Assembly: GCA_965213925.1 (NCBI GenBank)
Contig: OZ243927.1
Coordinates: 1,248,001 to 1,312,000 of the forward strand
Direction of reading: 5' to 3'
DNA length: 64,000 nucleotides
From: Trueperaceae bacterium
GTDB taxonomy: Bacteria > Deinococcota > Deinococci > Deinococcales > Trueperaceae
Shown here: positions 19,324 through 28,812 of the stretch, piece by piece
Position numbering within the stretch: position 1 is the stretch's first letter
Layout: the number at the start of each line of letters is the position of its first letter
Notes under the pieces: model-generated
What the model was told of the DNA's origin: nothing
Database searches by the model: none
What the model saw: the letters and a program-made list of their open reading frames with translations, nothing else
Position numbers and translations under genes: made by a program

Positions 19324-20624
19324 TCGAGCGCTACACCACCCCCGAAATGAAAACCCTCTGGAGCGAGACGAGGAAGTACCAGGTCTGGTTGGAGGTCGAA
19401 CTCGCCGCCACACGTGCTTGGGAAGACTTAGGCGACGTTCCGACCGGCACGGCGGAGCGCATCCGCGAAACGCTGAAAAGTAGACCCCTCGACGACGCTT
19501 TTGCGGAGCGGGTCGCAGAAATCGAGGCGCAGACCCGTCACGACATCGTCGCGTTTACGAGAGCCTTGACGGAGCGCGTCGGCGAAGAGGCGAAGTATAT
19601 CCACAAGGGCTTGACGAGCACCGACGTGGTGGACTCGGCGCAGAACCTCCTACTCAAAGAGGCGTTGGAGATCATCTTGCGCGACGTTCGCGTTCTTCAA
19701 GAGGTCGTGAAGGAGAAAGCGGTCGCGCACAAATACACGCCCTGTATTGGACGCACGCACGGTATCCACGCGGAGCCGATGACCTTTGGACTCAAGTTTC
19801 TCAACTTTTACGCGGCGCTGTCGCGTGACGTGGAGCGCTTAGAGAGGGCTAAAGACGCTGTGAGCGTGGTGATGCTCTCGGGCTCGGTCGGGACGTACGC
19901 GCACGTGCCGCCGGAGGTCGAAGAGAGGGTCGCCGAGCGTTTAGAGTTGCACATTGACCCCGTCACCAACCAAACGGTCGCGCGTGACCGTCACGCCGAA
20001 CTGATGAGCGCGCTGGCGATTTTCGGCACGACTTTAGAGCGCGTCGCCGTCGAGATTCGCCACCTTCAGCGCACGGAGGTGCGCGAGGCGCAAGAGGGCT
20101 TTAGGAAGGGTCAGACGGGCTCGTCGAGTATGCCGCACAAGAAAAACCCGATTGCCACCGAGAACATCTCCGGGCTGGCGCGGCTCATGCGCTCGAACCT
20201 GCAAGCGGCTCTGGAGAACGTCGCGCTGTGGCACGAGCGCGACATCTCGCACTCGTCGGTGGAGCGCGTCATTTTGCCCGACACGACGACGCTGGCGAGC
20301 TACGCGGCGCGGCGGCTGGCGAGGGTCGTCCAGAACCTCGTCGTCTACCCCGAAAACATGCGCGAAAACTTGGACGCCCTACATGGGCTCGTCTATTCCC
20401 AGCGCGTCTTGCACCTACTCATCGACAAGGGGATGACGCGCGAAGAGGCGTACGAGGTGGTGCAGCGCAACAGCCTGACCTCTTGGGAAAATAGCGTGCC
20501 CCTTAGAGACCTCATCCACGCGGACCCCCTGAGCCCCTTGACCGAAGACGAGCTAGCCGAAGCGTTCGACCCCGCATGGTATTTGCGGCAGGTGGACGCA
20601 CTTTACCTACGTTTCGGTCTATGA
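19320..20624 (+). CDS. purB: Adenylosuccinate lyase
   Basis: MIERY, TRHDIVAF, GRTHGIHAEP, GSSSMPHKKNP, LWHERDISHSSVER. Confidence 0.97.
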   Translation: MIERYTTPEMKTLWSETRKYQVWLEVELAATRAWEDLGDVPTGTAERIRETLKSRPLDDAFAERVAEIEAQTRHDIVAFTRALTERVGEEAKYIHKGLTSTDVVDSAQNLLLKEALEIILRDVRVLQEVVKEKAVAHKYTPCIGRTHGIHAEPMTFGLKFLNFYAALSRDVERLERAKDAVSVVMLSGSVGTYAHVPPEVEERVAERLELHIDPVTNQTVARDRHAELMSALAIFGTTLERVAVEIRHLQRTEVREAQEGFRKGQTGSSSMPHKKNPIATENISGLARLMRSNLQAALENVALWHERDISHSSVERVILPDTTTLASYAARRLARVVQNLVVYPENMRENLDALHGLVYSQRVLHLLIDKGMTREEAYEVVQRNSLTSWENSVPLRDLIHADPLSPLTEDELAEAFDPAWYLRQVDALYLRFGL

Positions 20625-20677
20625 CGAGTGCCTGACGTTCTGCCGCTTGGAGGCGCTTTTACCGCGTTCCAATAGCG

Positions 20678-20710
20678 AAGCAACGCAGCCGTCACAGTGC
20701 TGCGTTGCTT
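20678..20710. terminator. Hairpin between convergent genes
   Basis: AAGCAACGCAGC...GCTGCGTTGCTT. Confidence 0.6.
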
Positions 20711-20759
20711 ACGTGGGTTTCTGAGTTGGATTAAATATCTCGTTTCGTGGTCCGACCAC

Positions 20760-20942
20760 CTAGAGCCAGAGTCGCCGCGCTAGCTCCTGCTGGGCGAGAA
20801 CGAACGCCTCGTAATCTTCGATGCGGGCCGTGCCCTCGGAGATAGATTCTTCGCAAGTGGCGATGACCTCGCGAAGCTCTTGGTTGGAGAGCTGCGGAAT
20901 GCTCTCATGTACGCTGCTGTGCTCGATGCGCTGTACCATCAA
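20760..20942 (-). CDS. Small hypothetical protein
   Basis: AAGGGAGG RBS; helical, acidic 60-aa product. Confidence 0.65.
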   Translation of the reverse strand: MMVQRIEHSSVHESIPQLSNQELREVIATCEESISEGTARIEDYEAFVLAQQELARRLWL

Positions 20943-21126
20943 ACAACCTCCCTTATGTAGTTAGAGAGTAGCAGAGCGACTCTTACAAAATTCTCACGGT
21001 AAGGTTTACGGGCTTTAATCTTGCTCTGTAATGAACGTTTGGTGAAAGAAGGTGCCGTCCTCTCGAGTCGACCCTAGACAACACTTTTAGACGCTAGTTT
21101 GGTGGGCTCGAGAAGGAAGAAAGCAA

Positions 21127-21244
21127 TGTGCCGTCAACCGAATATCGCCACCTTCTTACTCGTATCACCCCGAACGCCTGTGAAGGGTCTCGTCCTCCGA
21201 TCCCGGCTAATCGAGAAGGCGTCAGTACCAAGCTGACCGTGTAG
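21127..21244 (+). mobile_element. Degenerate short copy of the MITE-like family
   Basis: GTCAAC..CTTCTTACT..TCACCC..AAGGGTCTCGT aligns with the left arm of 30798-31075. Confidence 0.55.
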
Positions 21245-21337
21245 TAGAAGAGCAAACGAAAAAAAGACGCGCATCGGCTCCCTTTAAGGGCGCACCGCGC
21301 AAACGAATAGTGGGAAAAAGCCGTGTATGCTAAACCC

Positions 21338-22096
21338 ATGACCGACACCCACTGCCACCTCGACTACTGCGAAGACCCCGAACGCGCCGCCGCCGCGGAC
21401 CTAAGCGCCATCGTCAGCATCGGCACGACCTTAGAGCGCTGCAAAAGGACGCTGCAACTCGCCGAGAGGTTTGAGCGCGTGTGGGCGGCGGTGGGTATCC
21501 ATCCGAACGACGTAGAGGAGGCGGACGAACCCCTCGTCCGCGAGCAGATAGAAGACCTTGCGCGCCACCCTAAGGTCGTCGCTATCGGCGAAACGGGCGT
21601 GGACACCTACTGGGACAAGCACCCCGTAGAGGCGCAGCGCGAGAGCTTTCTCTGGCAAGCCGACCTCGCGAAACGCCTGGACAAGCCGCTTATCTTGCAC
21701 GTGCGCGACAAAGAAGGGCAGGAGGACGCCTCACAGGAGGCGCTCAGGCTCATCACCCGAGCGGCGCATCCCAAAGGTATTTTGCACTGCTTTAACGGTC
21801 ATGAAGCGCTGCTGGAAGGTGGCTTAGAACTCGGCTGGTACGTCTCTTTTGCGGGCAACCTCACCTACAAAAACGCCGAACTCATTCAGGCAGCCGCGAA
21901 GCGCGTTCCGCGCGAGCGGCTCCTCGTCGAAACGGACAGCCCCTACCTCACCCCCCAAGCGAAGCGCGGCGAGCGCAACGTCCCCGCGAACGTGCGCTTT
22001 ACCGCGCAGTTTTTAGCGGAGTTGCGCGAGGAGAGCTTGGCGAGTATCGAAGAGGTCACGGACGCCAATGCGAAGCGCGTGTACGGCTTGTCGTGA
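21338..22096 (+). CDS. tatD: TatD-family hydrolase
   Basis: DTHCHLD, GIHP, AIGETGVD, LHVRD, LHCF, LVETDSPYL. Confidence 0.93.
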   Translation: MTDTHCHLDYCEDPERAAAADLSAIVSIGTTLERCKRTLQLAERFERVWAAVGIHPNDVEEADEPLVREQIEDLARHPKVVAIGETGVDTYWDKHPVEAQRESFLWQADLAKRLDKPLILHVRDKEGQEDASQEALRLITRAAHPKGILHCFNGHEALLEGGLELGWYVSFAGNLTYKNAELIQAAAKRVPRERLLVETDSPYLTPQAKRGERNVPANVRFTAQFLAELREESLASIEEVTDANAKRVYGLS

Positions 22097-22185
22097 TGTA
22101 GAAAAAGGGGCGAATAAGAGGTAATGGGTCAAGGTCACGCGCCTCATGAGCAGAATCCAACTCCCGCTATAGACATATTCATATT

Positions 22186-22404
22186 CAGTACGTTGTCAAC
22201 TAAAAAATGAGTGATGTCATTCTGTTCACGTAGTCGGGCGGAGCCTTGCGGAACGAAGTGGAGCGTAAGAATCTCTGACCTTGCTGACTCCTCTGACTGA
22301 GATTGAACGACGAGACCCTTACGCCTTCGCCGGACTTCGTCTGACTGCGTGAACAGGGTGACATCAGTAAGAAGGTATCAATACTTAGTTGACGGTGTAT
22401 TTAG
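22186..22404 (-). mobile_element. MITE-like element (opposite orientation to the 30798 copy)
   Basis: Ends GTCAACTAAAAAATGAGTGATGTCATTCTG and GACATCAGTAAGAAG..ATACTTAGTTGAC shared with 30798-31075. Confidence 0.75.
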
Positions 22405-22485
22405 TGAGCATTCTAGAGAAAGCCACGACCCATACAGAGTAGAAGCGTCTATAGTCTACCTTTTCACTCCGACTGTTTTGCTCAG

Positions 22486-22893
22486 CTACGACCTCAGCTC
22501 ACGTCCGATCAGCTTCACGTTCTCTTGCTCCTTGGGCGCGCGGTCGTAGCGCAGCATCTGGGCGAGGCGTTCGCGCGAGATAACGTGGTGGGCGTCTTTG
22601 GGAATAAAGGCGGTGACGACGTCTACCCATCTCGGCTTGGCGTACTCGAGCACCACATGGAGCGGTATCTGCACCTCCGCGCTCGGGCGGATATAGCCCA
22701 AAACTAAGAGCCGCTCGTCGTGAACGTAGCGTAGCAGCTCGCGCCCGTAGAGCACCGTGCCAATGATGTCGCGCTCAGTAAAGCCCTCACACGCGGCGTG
22801 TTTGACGGCGTGCGCGCCTATGCGGTAGTCACCGCGCTTCACCAAAGGCTGAAGCTCCTGGAGTGTGCGAACCCTAGGTCGTTTGGTTTTCAT
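22486..22893 (-). CDS. DUF4258-like protein
   Basis: YRIGAHAVKH, RLLVLG, PLHVVLEY, VVTAFIP. Confidence 0.7.
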   Translation of the reverse strand: MKTKRPRVRTLQELQPLVKRGDYRIGAHAVKHAACEGFTERDIIGTVLYGRELLRYVHDERLLVLGYIRPSAEVQIPLHVVLEYAKPRWVDVVTAFIPKDAHHVISRERLAQMLRYDRAPKEQENVKLIGRELRS

Positions 22894-23576
22894 GTGTTCC
22901 TCCACGCTGAGGAAGATGTTCGTTTGGAAAAGCCCCCGCCCTTCGCCCGCGTTCCCCGATTTACATCTGCGGATCAACCCACGTGAATCAACCCGCATAA
23001 ATCAACCCAAGGTCACATCAAAAAGCAGAGTGCTGCCGTAAGCGGTAAACAATGTATGGGTTACATAGTTTAAGGTAGCACATTTCTGGCGCAAGTATTT
23101 GAGATGGTTCACAAAGCGAGTCAAATTTCCCCGTAAAAAGGCGCTCTAAGCGCACTAGGCAAACGCTTCATCGCCATAGGTCCCCTAAAAGCTAGCGGGA
23201 GCGAAGTGTGCGCGTCAGCCTCCGATTACGTAGTCTTCACGAATGTGAAAGGGACGGGCGGTTCGCTGAACTGAAAGGGGATTCACGCTACCGCGTTCAG
23301 ATTGGTCTTGCTTACCGTTCAAGTGACAGTGTACTGGGCGCAAAAGTTTGAGGTAACGAGGCTGTCCGCTCCGTATGAAGAGTCACCGGCGAAGCTGGGC
23401 GCGTCCAAGGCGGCGTTGTCTCTTGCGCGCAACAAGCTGACGCAAGAATGAAATTGGCGTATTATACTAGAAGTGAAAGAGCAGCGGTGTGAAAAACTTC
23501 AAATCATCTGATTTGGCGCTTCTGACGCTCGAGCAGGTGGTGAGCCGGTAGCGGGACCGGCTTAGGAGGAGGGGAC

Positions 23577-24887
23577 ATGAAAGACGCGGGGCTGAAACAA
23601 TCTGAACGCAGGGCGAGGAAGCGTGCGGACATCGGTATAGCCTTCCTTGTCGCGCTTCTTCTTACCTTGACGGCGTGCGGCAGTCCGAGCGTGTCGCCGC
23701 CCCAAAGAGAACCCGAACGCTTCGACTACTCGCTCAGCGTAGATATCTCCCCCCAAACGAGCCGAGCTGAACTCGAGGCGAAGTACGGCGCTAAAATCGT
23801 CGTGTGGCGTCCCGAGGCAGGCTTCGCCGTGTTAGGTCTGCATGATACGGGCGGACTGCGCACGCAAGGCGCGAAGAAGAATGGGGATGCATTCGAAGTA
23901 CCCGAGGTTACAAAGAAAGTTACCCATGGGAACGGACATACTTCGTGGTCGGGTGGACGCAATGCCTGGAGCGGAGGTCGAAACGCCTGGAGTGGCGGGC
24001 GCGACGCTCACGGCAGCGAGCTAACAACGTTTACAAAGAACTTAGCCTATTGGGACCAAGTCAACCTACCTGAAGCGCAAGCGCTCGCGCCGAGTCTAGG
24101 CAAGGGGGTTGTGGTTGCCGTCATCGATACGGGCATCGACCTCGCCCATCCAGCTTTCGCCGATAAGCTCACCCCCGCTCACGAGTGGAAGGATTTTGTA
24201 GACGGCGACGCCCACCCGCAAGAGGTAAAAGGGACGAACTACGGGCACGGCACGGGGGTCGCTGACCTCATCCTTCAGGTCGCCCCTAACGTCACCCTCT
24301 TGCCGATTCGGGCGCTCGGTCCTGACGGCGCAGGCGATACGCTCGACGTCATCGCCGCCATTGACTACGCCGTTCAACAGGGCGCGGACATCGTCAACCT
24401 GTCGCTCGGCACGGACACCCAGGAGAAGGTGCTCAAAAAACTCGTCAAGTACGCCACGAAGCAAGAGGTACTCATCGTCGCTTCGGTAGGCAACAGCGGC
24501 GCGAAGAACATCATGTTTCCCGCTCGGTACGGCGACGAGGTGCTCAGCGTCGGCAGCGTGAACGGGCAGGACGAATTCTCGACGTTTTCAGCCTACGGCA
24601 AGGCGCTCGACCTGACAGCCCCCGGCGAGACGCTCCTCACCGCTAGCCCTGAGCGAGGCGTCATGTTTTGGAGCGGCACCTCCTTCTCCACCCCTATTGT
24701 CTCAGGCGCGGCTGCGCTAGCATTGGGCGAAAACCATCCCAAGGTGAAGGCTAAAACCCTCGGCAAAAAGCTTGCCAACACCTCTGACGATATAAGGAAC
24801 GTGGGTGGAAATGGACTTTACAAAAAGAACCACCTCGGTGAAGGGCGTCTCGATATCGAAGACTTTCTAAAGAAAGTTCTCAAGTAG
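23577..24887 (+). CDS. S8 (subtilisin-like) serine peptidase lipoprotein with WSGG repeats
   Basis: Lipobox LTAC; triad VIDTG / HGTGVA / SGTSFS; TSWSGG-RNAWSGG-RNAWSGG-RDA before the catalytic domain. Confidence 0.92.
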   Translation: MKDAGLKQSERRARKRADIGIAFLVALLLTLTACGSPSVSPPQREPERFDYSLSVDISPQTSRAELEAKYGAKIVVWRPEAGFAVLGLHDTGGLRTQGAKKNGDAFEVPEVTKKVTHGNGHTSWSGGRNAWSGGRNAWSGGRDAHGSELTTFTKNLAYWDQVNLPEAQALAPSLGKGVVVAVIDTGIDLAHPAFADKLTPAHEWKDFVDGDAHPQEVKGTNYGHGTGVADLILQVAPNVTLLPIRALGPDGAGDTLDVIAAIDYAVQQGADIVNLSLGTDTQEKVLKKLVKYATKQEVLIVASVGNSGAKNIMFPARYGDEVLSVGSVNGQDEFSTFSAYGKALDLTAPGETLLTASPERGVMFWSGTSFSTPIVSGAAALALGENHPKVKAKTLGKKLANTSDDIRNVGGNGLYKKNHLGEGRLDIEDFLKKVLK

Positions 24888-25288
24888 TGGGGTGCGCCGC
24901 CCGTTGGTGCTCTTTGAGGGGTCTGATCGTCCGCTTAGGGCGCAAACCCGAGCTAGGCATCAGGTACCTCGTCTGCTCGAGGCGGGGTTCCTGCTTCGCC
25001 ACGCAAGGTGGAAATTGCGCGCTAAGGGTGATATACTTCACATCAACATAGGTGTTGTTTAGTCCTGAGTCGCTCGAGGAAGAGGAAGCACGCTTTTACG
25101 GTGTGACTTTGGTAACAGAGGTCCCTCAAAGGTGACACCCTTTGTTTCACTCCGCCCCTACGGACTTTTAGACTGCGTAACAGCCTTCAGAAGAACGTGA
25201 TGCCAGCTTGGCCACTACGAACGTCGTGTACGAACAAATGTCAATGCAGCCTGAACACCCACCGAGACCGCGTATCTGAGGACTAACT

Positions 25289-27082
25289 ATGATGGACATG
25301 AGCGTCGAAACGTCAGCGGAGGGGCGCGAAGCGCCGTCCATCCTCCACGTTGATGAGCTTAACGCGCTCGCCTGGGAGCTGCGCCGCACCGACCCGAAGC
25401 AGTCGCGGAAACTCAGTGATGAAGCACTTCAAGGCGCGCGGGTGGTTGGCTACGCGCGGGGTCAAGCGTACAGCCAACTCGTTCTCGGCTACAGCGCGAT
25501 GCGCTCGTCTGACTTTCAAGTTGCGTTGGACAAGTTGCACGCGGCTTTAGAGTACTTTGAGCACTCAGGGGATAAAGAGGGGAGCTGTCAAGCACTCAAC
25601 ACGCTAGGCATTGTGTACGGTCAGTCTGGTAACTACCCGGACGCTCTCAAAACGTTTCTTATCTTGCAGCCCCTTTGCGCTGAATTGGGCGACCCCAAGA
25701 GTCTAGCTGACGCGATGAACAATACAGGTATTGCGTACTTTAACCTCGGGGAATACGCGAACGCGCTCGATTATTATCTGCAGGCACTTGAAACCTTCAA
25801 GACGCTGCATCATCTCAGTGGTGAGGTCGAGGCTCTCGTCAATATCGGACTGGTTTACTTTGAAAGGGGCAGCTTCGAGGAAGCGCTAGACGCCTTTTCA
25901 CAAGTTCACTTAGACGAGGTTAAAGACAGCCACACGAAAGCACTACTTCTCAACCATCTAGGCCGCACCCACTTGCAACTCGGTCACTTCGAGGAGGCGC
26001 TCGCTCACAACGAGGAAAGCTTCGCGCTTATGAACGCTTTAGGTGACCGCCTAAACGCGAGCTACGTTCAAGACGACTTCGCCGCTATCTACCTCAAACT
26101 CGCTCAGCCGGAGCAAGCCGAGCACTATCTGCACCAGAGCCTTGGGGTCAAGAGGGACGCAGGCGACACGAAGGGCGAAGCCGAGACCTGCTTGCAACTC
26201 GGGCAGCTCTACTTGCATATGGGTAGGCTCGAGCCCGCTTTAGACACGCTCCACGAAGGTCTGGCGAGCGCCCAGCGCAGCGGCGCGAAGGTCGAGGTGA
26301 AAAGAGCGCACCGCGCCCTCGCCGAAGCGTACAAAAGGAACCGGCAGTTGCGCGAAGCCTGCTTGCACTTCGAACTCCACGAGCAGCTTACAGAAGAGGT
26401 CTTTAACCGCGCGTCCGACCTGCGGCTGCAGGCGCTGCGCGTCCACTATGAGGTCGAACAGACCGAGCGTGAAAAGGAACTCTACCGCCTTAAAAACGTT
26501 GAGCTTGCGCACGCGGTCGAGGCGCTCCACGAGCTGACCGCCTCTTTGCAGGCCGCCAACGACGAGAAGGCGGTGCTCGTGGACACGCTCGAGCGGCAGT
26601 CGCGTGAAGACGCCCTGACGGGCCTCTACAACCGCCGCTACGCCGACCAGCAGCTGGAGCGGGCGTTCTCGCAGGCGCAGCGCTACAGCCGCCCGCTGAG
26701 CGTCGCGGTCTGTGACATCGACCACTTCAAGCGCGTCAACGACACCTTTTCACATCAGATGGGCGACGCGGTTTTGAAAGAGGTCGCTAGGCTCCTGCAG
26801 ACGGGTATCCGCCAGGGCGACATCGCCGCGCGGTACGGCGGCGAAGAGTTCATCTTGCTCCTACCCGAGACCGCCGCCCCGGACGCGGCGCGCATCGTCG
26901 AGCGCATCTTGGCTGAGGTGGCGCGTCATCCTTGGCACGCCCTCCACCCCGACCTCGCAATAACGATGAGCGCGGGCATCTCCGACGACCTCTCCGCCCG
27001 GAGCTACGAAGGGCTCGTCGGGCGCGCGGACATCAAGCTCTACGAGGCGAAGCACGGGGGCAGAAACCAAGCGAGAGTGTGA
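25289..27082 (+). CDS. TPR-repeat diguanylate cyclase
   Basis: Multiple TPRs (ALNTLGIVY, AMNNTGIAY), coiled-coil linker, DALTGLYNRR, DIDHFKRVND, RQGD I-site, GGEEF. Confidence 0.93.
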   Translation: MMDMSVETSAEGREAPSILHVDELNALAWELRRTDPKQSRKLSDEALQGARVVGYARGQAYSQLVLGYSAMRSSDFQVALDKLHAALEYFEHSGDKEGSCQALNTLGIVYGQSGNYPDALKTFLILQPLCAELGDPKSLADAMNNTGIAYFNLGEYANALDYYLQALETFKTLHHLSGEVEALVNIGLVYFERGSFEEALDAFSQVHLDEVKDSHTKALLLNHLGRTHLQLGHFEEALAHNEESFALMNALGDRLNASYVQDDFAAIYLKLAQPEQAEHYLHQSLGVKRDAGDTKGEAETCLQLGQLYLHMGRLEPALDTLHEGLASAQRSGAKVEVKRAHRALAEAYKRNRQLREACLHFELHEQLTEEVFNRASDLRLQALRVHYEVEQTEREKELYRLKNVELAHAVEALHELTASLQAANDEKAVLVDTLERQSREDALTGLYNRRYADQQLERAFSQAQRYSRPLSVAVCDIDHFKRVNDTFSHQMGDAVLKEVARLLQTGIRQGDIAARYGGEEFILLLPETAAPDAARIVERILAEVARHPWHALHPDLAITMSAGISDDLSARSYEGLVGRADIKLYEAKHGGRNQARV

Positions 27083-27083
27083 C

Positions 27084-27308
27084 GTGCTAACCATCTTCTT
27101 CGAGCGTTCAGGAGGAGGGGCTAAGGCTGATTTAGAGGCGTTTCGCGCGACCCTTCAGGATAGCCGAGGCTGTCAAGGTGTTCGGCTGTTAGCGAGTACA
27201 CAGGAGCGCGGGCTCTACCTGCTCGTAAGCACCTGGACGCCCGGCAGCGAACCGCCCGCCGCGCCGGAAGGGACGAAGGTGTGGATGTTTCGCGACGCCG
27301 AAGGCTAG
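27084..27308 (+). CDS. Small ABM-like (ferredoxin-fold) protein
   Basis: Adjacent to the GGDEF gene; GVRLLAS..LYLLVSTW pattern. Confidence 0.5.
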   Translation: MLTIFFERSGGGAKADLEAFRATLQDSRGCQGVRLLASTQERGLYLLVSTWTPGSEPPAAPEGTKVWMFRDAEG

Positions 27309-27353
27309 GGATGCGCTACAGCGTCTCCGTTCCTGCACCCTTAGAGTACGCCT

Positions 27354-28235
27354 ATGGCTGATTCGAGACCAGCAGAACCCTCTTTCGTCGATACGGCGTA
27401 CCGTTTAGAAACTGAGGGGGCCGAGCTTTACTTAGAAGTCGTCGGACCTCAGGGCGCGCCGCCCCTCTTCTATTTGCATAGCGGACCCGGCTACAACAGC
27501 TACTCCTTTCGCGACCTCATGGGCGACGAGTTGGAGCGCTACCGCGTCGTCTACGCCGACCAGCGCGGCGCGGGGCGCAGCCCGATAACAGGTCAAGGGG
27601 GCGACGCGCTTAACTTAGAGCGGCTCGCGGACGACGTGGTGGCGATTTTAGACGGGCTCGAGCTGGAGTCCGCTACCCTCTTGGCGCACGGCTTCGGCGC
27701 GACCATCGCTTTGAGCGTCGCCGCCCGGTACCCAGAGCGCGTGACGCGCCTCCTCTTGGTGAACCCCTGGGTGGATATGTCGCTCTTGGCGCTCGCTATG
27801 CAGCGCGAGGCGGCGCGGCTCAGCGACCACGAAGACGAAGTGGAGGAGATGTCGCCAGCGGAGCGCGTCGAGCAGGCGACCACCTGGCTGAGTGCAAAGC
27901 GGCTTTTCGATGCGATGGAGTTCCCAAAGGCGGGGAGCCGCTTGCGGCTTGAACACGCCGACGCCGAGTCGTTCGCCGGTCTGAGCGAGAGCGTCGCCGC
28001 CGACCCCGGCGACGCGGACATCTGGAACCTCAGCGTGGACCCAGCCGGTATAAGCCACCCCACCGTCGTCCTCATCGGCAAAGACGACAAGACCTGCTAC
28101 CCCGACCAAGCCGAGCGCATCCTGTCCGCGATGCCGCACGCGCTCACAAGCCTTCTGGACGCAGGGCACTACCCCTGGCTCGACGACCCAGAGACCTTCA
28201 CGAGTTTGCTCCACGAAGTGATGGCGCTGAGCTGA
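27354..28235 (+). CDS. Alpha/beta hydrolase (proline iminopeptidase-like)
   Basis: LHSGPG, DQRGAGRS, AHGFGA at the nucleophile elbow, GHYPWLD. Confidence 0.85.
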   Translation: MADSRPAEPSFVDTAYRLETEGAELYLEVVGPQGAPPLFYLHSGPGYNSYSFRDLMGDELERYRVVYADQRGAGRSPITGQGGDALNLERLADDVVAILDGLELESATLLAHGFGATIALSVAARYPERVTRLLLVNPWVDMSLLALAMQREAARLSDHEDEVEEMSPAERVEQATTWLSAKRLFDAMEFPKAGSRLRLEHADAESFAGLSESVAADPGDADIWNLSVDPAGISHPTVVLIGKDDKTCYPDQAERILSAMPHALTSLLDAGHYPWLDDPETFTSLLHEVMALS

Positions 28236-28481
28236 CGCAGCCACGTCCGCAAGGAGCACGGTGAGCTGCCCCCGGTCTCCGACTCGCGAGTATCGGTCCT
28301 AGTCGTCATGTGTGAGCGCTCGAGCTAGAACGCCCGCCGCAATATTGGAAGCGGATGAAATTTTGGTTAAAGAGTGCTTAGCTGTTGCACACAGTCCAGA
28401 AAAGCGCTCGGGGGCGCTTTGCCTCTCCTAGTCGTCACACAGAAGGTCTTAGGACCTTAGTCTTAGCTGAGTTTTGGGACC

Positions 28482-28510
28482 TTGACACGTTCATAATTCG
28501 ACGCTACACT
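28482..28510 (+). promoter_or_regulatory. Sigma70-type promoter
   Basis: TTGACA-N17-TACACT. Confidence 0.6.
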
Positions 28511-28812
28511 ACCCTTGTTCGTGTGACATTCTTCGCAGACCATCCTGATTTTCTATGGTAGCGCTGTGCCTGAAAGCGCCTATTATGCCTGAAATCCCGC
28601 GAAGAGCGTCTGTAGCAGACAAGAAAGGCGGTCACTTTTGAGTACCCCTATCATCATGCGACCGAACAAGAAAGGGGGGCAACGGGTGAGATGCAACGTG
28701 ATGCATCAGAGGTACTTACCCATTGTAAACGTAGCGAAGGAGGTTTTGGTAAGAACGGTCATCAGTTGAGGACAACGTCAAACTTGTGTTGTAGCTTTAA
28801 GAGGAGAAAACA

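Noticed and set aside
22990..23576. Cognate small peptide gene (RNAWSGG) for the first S8 protease
   Set aside because: Short ORFs here (e.g. MAMKRLPSALRAPFYGEI, MKSHRRSWARPR..) lack a signal peptide and the motif; none seen in 24888-25288 either.
27593..28259. Long antisense or overlapping ORFs here and elsewhere (e.g. 30022-30687, 38006-38692, 48239-48844, 55592-56137)
   Set aside because: Shadows of GC-rich genes on the opposite strand, with no RBS or motifs.
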